Of a DNA stretch of 37,774 nucleotides, positions 32,210 to 37,774 are shown one piece after another. The DNA is from a virus. Below the pieces are notes generated by a model. The model made no database searches. It was not told the DNA's origin and saw nothing but the letters and a program-made list of their open reading frames with translations. Location: IMG/VR virus record IMGVR_UViG_3300045690_000033. One strand, written 5' to 3'. Within the stretch, counting starts at the first letter, position 1. Each line of letters begins with the position of its first letter. A program made the position numbers and the translations under genes.

Positions 32210-32224
32210 AAAGGAGACGATTAT

Positions 32225-32467
32225 ATGAAAGGGTACGCAATTAAAGTGATCTTCAGTAGTGGAGACAAGGGATATTTTGAAAGAGTAACGATGAGAAAAG
32301 GAGAAAAGTTAATTGTCATTAAAGAACTTGGAACAAATGACATGAAAGTTTTCAATTCAAAAAGAGATGTTCTAAATCGTGTTCGTGATTTGCAGCGACA
32401 GTTTGGCGCCTCGGCAGATTTCGAAGTCATTTACTCCTACGGTCGTGAAGTTCAAAAGCTCCGGTAA
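32225..32467 (+). CDS. Hypothetical protein
   Basis: RBS AAGGAGA. Its stop codon lies inside linker copy G. Confidence 0.55.
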   Translation: MKGYAIKVIFSSGDKGYFERVTMRKGEKLIVIKELGTNDMKVFNSKRDVLNRVRDLQRQFGASADFEVIYSYGREVQKLR

Positions 32468-32500
32468 CTGGGGCATTAGCGTAGAAAAAGAAAGAAGGAG
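32460..32500 (+). repeat. TCCGGTAAC linker copy G
   Basis: TCCGGTAACTGGGGCATTAGCGTAGAAAAAGAAAGAAGGAG, ending in the RBS of the next gene. Confidence 0.55.
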
Positions 32501-32505
32501 ATTTA

Positions 32506-32739
32506 ATGACAGTAGAAGATTTATTACTAATTATCGGAGATGGTCATCAGGTAAGAGTAAAAAACGAACAAGGAAAAAACGTCACTTATAGCGCAGGATG
32601 TTTACCAGTAAATTACTTTAGCAAAAGAATAGTAGAGGCTCATATTTTAGGTGACTCAAATTACTTGGCAATGTATGACGAAGACAGTCCAGAAAGACTA
32701 GGAGAAGAAATCATAATTGAACTAGTTTTAAAAAAATGA
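32506..32739 (+). CDS. Hypothetical protein
   Basis: RBS GAAGGAG. Confidence 0.55.
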   Translation: MTVEDLLLIIGDGHQVRVKNEQGKNVTYSAGCLPVNYFSKRIVEAHILGDSNYLAMYDEDSPERLGEEIIIELVLKK

Positions 32740-32788
32740 TCCGCAAGCGGAAGAAATAATTGGATAATGTGATCGCATTATGTTGGCA

Positions 32789-32847
32789 GAAAAAAAGCTT
32801 ACTCCAGTTTCCGATGAAGTAAGCAAATGAGAATGTAAACAATTTAT
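32789..32847 (-). ncRNA. Candidate ~60-nt minus-strand small RNA
   Basis: Minus-strand extended -10 TGcTATACT (plus coordinates 32854..32862). Hairpin gcttact/agtaagc (32797..32803 / 32818..32824) followed by U7 on the minus strand. Confidence 0.4.
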
Positions 32848-32948
32848 TATTAAAGTATAGCACATTGAAAATCAGAATGAAAAAATAAGGCCAATCAGAC
32901 AATTAATAGCTATCTAAACGACGGGAATCAAGGAAGAAGTTGCATAAA

Positions 32949-32973
32949 TAAAAAAGACTCTGCTTTAGAGTCT
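32949..32973 (-). terminator. Intrinsic terminator of the minus-strand moron unit
   Basis: Stem agactct/agagtct with loop gcttt. The A run on the plus strand gives a U run on the minus strand. It overlaps the stop of 32972..33217. Confidence 0.75.
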
Positions 32974-33217
32974 AATTAAAGGACACACTTTGTTCTTTTA
33001 ATTGTTTGATTATCTCAGTGACATAAGCGTCTTGAAAATCTTTACGGAAGGACTTTAGAAATTCCTCAGAAAAGAAATCAAAATTTTTTTCTGAATATGC
33101 TAGCAATTCTTCAGGAGTTTTAAATTCTGCAATAACAGAAGCGCTGTCGAAAGAATCAGCTACGCGCAATGAAACTGATTTCATTAAAGAAACAACATCA
33201 ATTTGTGTTCTTAACAT
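32972..33217 (-). CDS. Hypothetical acidic protein (81 aa)
   Basis: ATG 33217 after GAAGAGGTGA, in frame with track start 33247. Confidence 0.55.
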   Translation of the reverse strand: MLRTQIDVVSLMKSVSLRVADSFDSASVIAEFKTPEELLAYSEKNFDFFSEEFLKSFRKDFQDAYVTEIIKQLKEQSVSFN

Positions 33218-33272
33218 AAAAATCACCTCTTCTGTTGAGTGTAACATAATTGAATAGAACTATCTGAAATTA

Positions 33273-33300
33273 TCCGGTAACCCACGTCAATAAAGGAGAA
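33273..33300 (+). repeat. TCCGGTAAC linker copy B (orphan: plus-oriented inside the minus-strand island)
   Basis: TCCGGTAACCCACGTCAATAAAGGAGAA. No plus-strand start codon follows it. Confidence 0.55.
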
Positions 33301-33308
33301 GCATTAAA

Positions 33309-33506
33309 CTAATCTAATGCTTGTTTAACCTTCATTAGTTCAATATAAAAGGATTTAGAAATAGATTTACCACATTTTTTACAAGCATAATCTCCAGTGG
33401 GAATATCGTTAAAAAACTCTTTTTCATACTCATGATTACACTCTTGCTCTTCTTTTTCTAAGTGCAACTTTCTTAATTCAAGAGAACGTTCTAATTCAAT
33501 GGACAT
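33309..33506 (-). CDS. Small protein with Cys pairs (zinc-ribbon-like, 65 aa)
   Basis: RBS AAGGTGAG. Cys arrangement C-x2-H ... C-x2-C. Confidence 0.55.
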   Translation of the reverse strand: MSIELERSLELRKLHLEKEEQECNHEYEKEFFNDIPTGDYACKKCGKSISKSFYIELMKVKQALD

Positions 33507-33599
33507 AGATACTCACCTTCTGCGAATTATTTTTACCACAAGCAATTTTTTAAGGGGTAAAAAGATAGTTTTAATAAACCAACTAACTCAGTTTATTGA

Positions 33600-33629
33600 A
33601 GAAAAAACACTGAGCAGTTAACTCAGTGT
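33600..33629 (-). terminator. Intrinsic terminator (minus strand)
   Basis: Stem acactgag/ctcagtgt with a 7-nt loop. The plus-strand A6 gives U6 on the minus strand. Confidence 0.7.
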
Positions 33630-33641
33630 AAAAGACAGGAC

Positions 33642-33887
33642 CTATTTAATCATAATTTTTTTACAATTATTCACAGCGCTTTTCATTGTATCAAAACTAT
33701 TGATATCAATGTCGTAGATAAACAGATTCATTTTCATTGATTTGATTTCCTTCAAATTTAAAACGGCAAATATACTTGTAATATTTTTGGATTTAGAATT
33801 ATTGAAATGGGCTTTTTCTAGGGAAGAGTACATTCGATAATTAGAAACATAAACGTGTACAGGATAAAAGTTAATCATTGTTTTCAC
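33642..33887 (-). CDS. Hypothetical protein (78-81 aa)
   Basis: Starts at GTG 33887 or ATG 33878. The frame stays open a further ~50 codons upstream without any ATG/GTG/TTG. Confidence 0.5.
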   Translation of the reverse strand: MKTMINFYPVHVYVSNYRMYSSLEKAHFNNSKSKNITSIFAVLNLKEIKSMKMNLFIYDIDINSFDTMKSAVNNCKKIMIK

Positions 33888-34057
33888 ATCCTCGTGGTAC
33901 TCAATAACTATAACATCAAAAAGCCCTTTAATGTGAATATGAGGAACAACGTAAGTAAAACGTAATAAGGACCATGAAGGATGAATAAAACCAGCTGTTT
34001 CCGCAACTGGCTTAGAGCTAAAATGATGTACTTCGACTGTTTCTTTAGCTCTGCATT

Positions 34058-34066
34058 AGTATAGCA
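34058..34066 (-). promoter_or_regulatory. Extended -10 (TGcTATACT on the minus strand)
   Basis: Plus-strand agtatagca at 34058..34066. Confidence 0.4.
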
Positions 34067-34195
34067 CGTATATTTTTGAGAAGTTTATAAACGTTTTAAC
34101 AAACATCAGATGAGTCGGCTACTCAACCTAGCAATAACATCTGAAATAAGATTTGAAAAATATTGCCAGTGGAGTTGAACTATTGTTCAACATTA

Positions 34196-35134
34196 CTATT
34201 TGTCTTCAATTTCATCAATGAAGGCTGAAATATCATTTTTGAAAATGTACTTACTAAATTGTTCGCTTAGGATATTGCTGACATTTCGGTAAGCAAAGGT
34301 AGGTGTGTTAGGTAAAGTATAGTAATAAATACCATTTTTTTGATAGATGGGATCAGAAACGGTTGTTGTCTGATTTCCTTCAATCGCATTGCCAGCATCA
34401 GCTGCTATATCAATAATAAAGGCACCTATTTTTAATTGAGCCTGCTCTTCAATGGTCATAATGGGCTTGCCCGAATCGCCCACTTCAATGCCATTAATGA
34501 TAATCGAATATTTAGAAAGTTGTTGTTTAAACTGCGGCATTGTTTTTCGATAAAAAAGTTGGACAGAGGAAGAAATTTTTGAGATCGCATGGAAAGCGCC
34601 TTGAGCAGTATTGCCTGAACCTAAAATGGCAATCTCACAATTACTATTTGGTAATAATCCAAAACTCAGGAGTGCATGCAATACTCCGGCATAACCAGCA
34701 TAGAAGCTGTTTTGATAAACGAAGTTTCTAGGAATCAACTGTGTGGGATAAGCATTTTCCTGATAGTACATCATGGGTCTTTGATTATCGATATCAAGAA
34801 TATAGAGATTTTTAGAAATTGCTTGAGTCTCCATAAATTCTTTACCTGATCCCAGTGGATGAGTCCAACCAATAATCATCTGATTTTGACGAATCAAGTC
34901 GTAATCAGATGGTTGGAGGAGTTTGAGAGAGAAGATTCCCTCACAAGAGGCAAAAATTTCAGAACGGGTTAAAATAGTGCAACCTGCTTTTCGATAATTC
35001 TCATCAGGGATACTTAGCGAGTCACCAAAACCATTCTCGATATAAATTGAATTGGCGAATTGTTTGATATGTTCAGGTAACAAAGGGACGCGACGTTCAT
35101 TTGGAAAATTTGACTTTATAAAACCTAATTTCAT
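34196..35134 (-). CDS. AlaDH/PNT-fold NAD(P)-dependent dehydrogenase, N5-(carboxyethyl)ornithine-synthase-like (312 aa)
   Basis: ATG 35134 after GGAGATGG; the track start is TTG 35152. N-terminus MKLGFIKSNFPNERRVPLLPEHI. Rossmann motif ILGSGNTAQGA. The size matches the ~313-aa CEOS type as I remember it. Confidence 0.6.
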   Translation of the reverse strand: MKLGFIKSNFPNERRVPLLPEHIKQFANSIYIENGFGDSLSIPDENYRKAGCTILTRSEIFASCEGIFSLKLLQPSDYDLIRQNQMIIGWTHPLGSGKEFMETQAISKNLYILDIDNQRPMMYYQENAYPTQLIPRNFVYQNSFYAGYAGVLHALLSFGLLPNSNCEIAILGSGNTAQGAFHAISKISSSVQLFYRKTMPQFKQQLSKYSIIINGIEVGDSGKPIMTIEEQAQLKIGAFIIDIAADAGNAIEGNQTTTVSDPIYQKNGIYYYTLPNTPTFAYRNVSNILSEQFSKYIFKNDISAFIDEIEDK

Positions 35135-35271
35135 AATTCCATCTCCATTCAATTTTAGTTTTTGTATAGATTTGTTCTTAGAGAAGTGTTTTGTGACGAT
35201 GTTCTCGTGCTTCTTCAGTCTAACACACTAACACAGTTTTAAGGGGTTATCTTAATTCCCAGAGAAGATAG

Positions 35272-35300
35272 TCCGGTAACGGAGGATACAGAGGAGGTCT
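35272..35300 (+). repeat. TCCGGTAAC linker copy E
   Basis: TAGTCCGGTAACGGAGGATACAGAGGAGG, ending in the RBS of 35303. Confidence 0.55.
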
Positions 35301-35302
35301 TA

Positions 35303-35650
35303 ATGGATATCTCAAATTTTAAAATAATGAATCCTTATCCAGACAAACCGACATTGAGAGTATTGAAAAAAAGTTTGTTGTTCAATGCAGATTTTAAAAA
35401 ATGGCTATCGGATAGCTATGTGACAGTTCGGATTAATTACGATTCAAAACAGATAGCGATTGTAAAAGAAAAAAGCAGCTTACCAGATGAGGCGATAAAG
35501 CCTAAAGAACAGAACAATAGTAACCAAATGAGGATCAACAGTAAAAATTTAGCTGATACGCTCAGAAAAATGTTTGATGTTTCAAAAGAGAGTTTCACAT
35601 TGGAAGGTAACACGTATGACGAGTTTATTATTTTTGAGAAGGTCAACTAA
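35303..35650 (+). CDS. Hypothetical protein
   Basis: RBS GAGGAGG. Confidence 0.6.
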   Translation: MDISNFKIMNPYPDKPTLRVLKKSLLFNADFKKWLSDSYVTVRINYDSKQIAIVKEKSSLPDEAIKPKEQNNSNQMRINSKNLADTLRKMFDVSKESFTLEGNTYDEFIIFEKVN

Positions 35651-35682
35651 CGACGGATATCAAGTAGGAAAGGAAGATATAA

Positions 35683-35853
35683 ATGAAAAAATACATTGAA
35701 GCAAAAATTCAAGGCGATTGGTGCACAATTGATCGAATGGATATTACAGAAACTGCTACTTTTACTATTTACAACGAAAATGGGGAATCGACGGATTTCC
35801 CTATCGATGAGTATGAACTTCGCATCGTTCAGTATGAGGAGAAAGGCGAATGA
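35683..35853 (+). CDS. Hypothetical 56-aa protein, below the track cut-off
   Basis: ATG 35683 after GGAAAGGAAG. ATGA overlap with the next gene. Confidence 0.5.
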   Translation: MKKYIEAKIQGDWCTIDRMDITETATFTIYNENGESTDFPIDEYELRIVQYEEKGE

Positions 35854-36080
35854 AAATTGTAGCAGTCATAAATGATTCAACAGGCCAAATTCAAACGGTG
35901 CTCGATGGATATACACACCGTTTTCCGTATAGTGGAATGCCAACAAAAAATATTGATATTACACGTCAGTACGGTGAAATCGGGGAACATGCGATTGTCT
36001 CAATCGAAATGAATGGTTACGAGCACCTTGTTTCTACAGAGAAATATTCACTTGTTTATGACGAGGAGGACGACGAATGA
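35850..36080 (+). CDS. Hypothetical protein with acidic C-terminus
   Basis: Translationally coupled to its neighbours (ATGA overlaps at both ends). Confidence 0.55.
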   Translation: MKIVAVINDSTGQIQTVLDGYTHRFPYSGMPTKNIDITRQYGEIGEHAIVSIEMNGYEHLVSTEKYSLVYDEEDDE

Positions 36081-36298
36081 TTGCAACAACCATAATTTAT
36101 ACCATAGTCGGCTTCATAGTAGCTGTTATGGGCTATATCTTATTCAATGCAAGTGACAAAAGTGAAAAAGGTTGGCGAGTATTTGGAGCCATTTTGTTTG
36201 TTATAGGAGCTTTTATAATTCTTGGTGCTGAATTAAATCTTTACTTCAATGGGACGCAGGAAGAATTAATAAAGTGGATGTTTTGGATGAAAGATTAG
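36077..36298 (+). CDS. Small membrane protein (two TM helices)
   Basis: Hydrophobic segments TIIYTIVGFIVAVMGYILF and VFGAILFVIGAFIILGA. Confidence 0.6.
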   Translation: MIATTIIYTIVGFIVAVMGYILFNASDKSEKGWRVFGAILFVIGAFIILGAELNLYFNGTQEELIKWMFWMKD

Positions 36299-36330
36299 TT
36301 CCGGTAACCACGCCTATCAAGTCGGAAAGG
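36299..36330 (+). repeat. TTCCGGTAAC linker copy C
   Basis: TAGTTCCGGTAACCACGCCTATCAAGTCGGAAAGG. TTCCG and CGGAA can pair. Confidence 0.6.
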
Positions 36331-36333
36331 TTG

Positions 36334-36552
36334 ATGGGAATGAATAAATTAGAGGAAATCCTCAATAGCCCTGACAAATACAATCTGCCATCGGAAACGA
36401 CGGATGGGCTCAGATCGTTACTGAGAGCCTTTGATACGAATCCGTTCTTTCCAATTGATAGATACGATTACGCCGAAATGCATTTGAGTCGGATGAAGCG
36501 ATTAGGTCAGATTGAAAGTGATCTTATGCGAAGTATTCTAAATGATTTTTAA
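36334..36552 (+). CDS. Hypothetical protein
   Basis: ATG 36334 after GGAAAGG, in frame with track ORF 36274..36552. Confidence 0.5.
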   Translation: MGMNKLEEILNSPDKYNLPSETTDGLRSLLRAFDTNPFFPIDRYDYAEMHLSRMKRLGQIESDLMRSILNDF

Positions 36553-36566
36553 AAGGAGGAACTGGC

Positions 36567-37019
36567 TTGCCCAAAATATTAGATGCTTGTTGTGGTAGTC
36601 GGATGTTCTGGTTTGATAAGGAAAATCCAGATGTAACTTTTATGGATTGCCGTCAGTATTATGAAGAGCTGCCAACAGGTCACGTAATCAATGTTGATCC
36701 AGATATTGTTGCTGATTTTCGGGATATGCCTTTTGAAGATAGTGAGTTCGACATGGTGGTTTTCGATCCACCGCACCTTATTCATGCAGGTGAAAGTTCT
36801 TGGTTAGTAAAGAAATATGGACGACTAGATGAACTTTGGCCAGAAGACATTCGACAAGGTTTCGCCGAATGCATGAGAGTTCTGCGGCCTTCAGGATCAT
36901 TAATCTTCAAATGGAACGAGGACCAAATTCTTCTTTCTGATGTATTGAAAGCGATCGGAGAGCAACCGTTGTTTGGTAATAAACGAAGTAAAACCCATTG
37001 GTTGGTGTTTATGAAATAG
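36567..37019 (+). CDS. Minimal SAM-dependent methyltransferase (150 aa; DNA N6A/N4C-type DPPH motif)
   Basis: TTG start 7 nt after AAGGAGG. Motif-I-like ILDACCGS, motif-IV-like VVFDPPH, and MRVLRPSGSLIF. Confidence 0.65.
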   Translation: MPKILDACCGSRMFWFDKENPDVTFMDCRQYYEELPTGHVINVDPDIVADFRDMPFEDSEFDMVVFDPPHLIHAGESSWLVKKYGRLDELWPEDIRQGFAECMRVLRPSGSLIFKWNEDQILLSDVLKAIGEQPLFGNKRSKTHWLVFMK

Positions 37020-37047
37020 TTCCGGTAACTCAGCCTATTAAGGAGAA
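37020..37047 (+). repeat. TTCCGGTAAC linker copy D (orphan)
   Basis: TAGTTCCGGTAACTCAGCCTATTAAGGAGAAAA, followed only by GTG-TAG. Confidence 0.6.
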
Positions 37048-37109
37048 AATTATAGTGTAGAAACAAATAAGGCTTTGAGATATCAAATCTTACTTTATTA
37101 GAGAGTATC

Positions 37110-37187
37110 TTATTTTTTTGACTTCTTTATCGAGATAAAAATAATTATAACTGCACATATCAAAATAGGAAGTACTGTATTTTTCAT
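37110..37187 (-). CDS. 25-aa hydrophobic peptide, type I toxin-like (MKNTVLPILICAVIIIFISIKKSKK)
   Basis: Strong RBS GGAGGAAGATAAG-ATG. One TM helix plus a basic tail. Lies in an otherwise non-coding gap. Confidence 0.4.
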   Translation of the reverse strand: MKNTVLPILICAVIIIFISIKKSKK

Positions 37188-37222
37188 CTTATCTTCCTCC
37201 TTCAAGAGATTAGTTTACAATC

Positions 37223-37231
37223 ATTTTATCA
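37223..37231 (-). promoter_or_regulatory. Extended -10 (TGaTAAAAT on the minus strand) upstream of the 25-aa ORF
   Basis: Plus-strand attttatca at 37223..37231. Confidence 0.35.
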
Positions 37232-37322
37232 TAAAAATAAAAATTATCTTTCAGAGGGCAAGAGTTTTTTTAATGAGGAATCTTTAGAATTGAGCACAGT
37301 CAACTCGAGGTCTTTGAATTAC

Positions 37323-37345
37323 TTCCGTTAACCGACCCAACTGCA
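37323..37345 (+). repeat. Degenerate linker copy F (TTCCGTTAACCGACCCAACTGC)
   Basis: Differs from the TTCCGGTAAC core by one substitution. Confidence 0.3.
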
Positions 37346-37348
37346 TAG

Positions 37349-37376
37349 AAAAAGACAGCCGACTACGGGCTGTCTT
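37349..37376 (-). terminator. Minus-strand intrinsic terminator T2
   Basis: Stem aagacagcc/ggctgtctt. The plus-strand A5 gives a U run on the minus strand. Confidence 0.55.
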
Positions 37377-37425
37377 GGAAAAAGAACTTTCGTCTAGTTT
37401 CCGCTAGACAAAATAATTTTACCAC

Positions 37426-37454
37426 AAAAAGACCGCCGGGATAAGTCGGCGGTC
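37426..37454 (-). terminator. Minus-strand intrinsic terminator T1
   Basis: Stem gaccgccg/cggcggtc with an 8-nt loop. The plus-strand A5 gives a U run on the minus strand. Confidence 0.55.
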
Positions 37455-37539
37455 AGTGAGCTGGGCATTGAAGGATCAATAAAAAAGGAGTACCAGCTCA
37501 TATGTATTGTACCTCAAATAAGAAGTGGAAGTGAAACAT

Positions 37540-37774
37540 ATGATACCGGATATCGAAATCGGGAAAATTTATAAATCATCTGATGCTAAGCCGCCAGCTT
37601 TTGCCAAAATCACAAAAATTTCTAATCATGATGTTTGGAACGATATTTTAGAAGATGACGAATTAACGCAGCTTGCATGGGGAGATTGGTATCAATGGGC
37701 CAATAAAAATATCTACTGCCATTTTGGAGCTGGATTCGACACGTATAGGCTGGTTCCGGCAACCAAAGAAGAAA
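37540..37774 (+). CDS. 5' part of the junction-spanning hypothetical protein (continues at 1..192)
   Basis: ATG 37540 after GAAGTGGAAGTGA. The frame is open to the window end and continues in frame at base 1. Confidence 0.6.
   Translation, partial: MIPDIEIGKIYKSSDAKPPAFAKITKISNHDVWNDILEDDELTQLAWGDWYQWANKNIYCHFGAGFDTYRLVPATKEE
37648..37774. repeat. Terminal exact direct repeat, copy 2 (identical to 1..127)
   Basis: Same 127-nt string as the window start. The unique length is therefore 37,647 bp. Confidence 0.9.

Noticed and set aside
32711-32902. 63-aa hydrophobic minus-strand ORF
   Set aside because: It has no RBS, and it contains a minus-strand promoter-like element and an intrinsic terminator inside it. 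It is better explained as non-coding DNA carrying a small transcription unit.
1-37774. CRISPR array, rRNA, transposase/IS element, reverse transcriptase (retron/DGR)
   Set aside because: Reading both strands, I found no regularly spaced direct repeats with unique spacers, no rRNA-like stretch, no transposase-like or RT-like ORF, and no terminal inverted repeats bracketing a gene.

Overview
The first 127 nt (1..127) are identical to the last 127 nt (37648..37774), and an ORF reads straight across that junction. I therefore read the window as one circularly closed replicon of 37,647 unique bp. It is a complete temperate siphovirus genome from an AT-rich Firmicute, probably Lactobacillales-like judging from protein motifs I recognise by eye. 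Going round the circle: early/accessory small genes (YopX, ArpU late regulator); an HNH + P27-type TerS + TerL packaging module; an HK97-like head module (portal, ClpP-like protease, major capsid); neck proteins; major tail protein; G/GT chaperone; tape measure; Dit; Tal; BppU-type receptor-binding protein; a membrane protein, a Dp-1-type holin and a signal-peptide GH25 endolysin. Next comes a moron/attP region holding two small promoter-to-terminator units, a cold-shock protein gene, a tRNA-Met-like sequence and arm-type repeats. This is followed by a minus-strand lysogeny module (integrase, membrane repeat protein, ImmA, XRE repressor), then Cro/Xis/Rha early genes, a replication module, and an accessory region with a minus-strand moron island. 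The items most worth follow-up are these. (1) A near-identical -1 frameshift cassette (slippery site at the stop codon, 5-nt spacer, conserved two-tier hairpin) sits at the 3' end of BOTH the major capsid and major tail genes. Each would add the same kind of 21-aa tail. In the capsid case a single in-frame TAA separates that tail from a 60-aa Ig-like ORF. (2) A repeated TTCCGGTAAC-type intergenic linker brackets gene cassettes and morons. (3) Two extra tyrosine recombinases lie in the replication region in addition to the integrase. (4) The minus-strand island carries an AlaDH/PNT-fold (carboxyethyl-ornithine-synthase-like) dehydrogenase. (5) Several small promoter-to-terminator units are candidate sRNAs. 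(6) The lysis/lysogeny switch has face-to-face promoters and interleaved 17-bp inverted repeats. All family assignments rest on motifs recognised by eye; no searches or folding programs were run.
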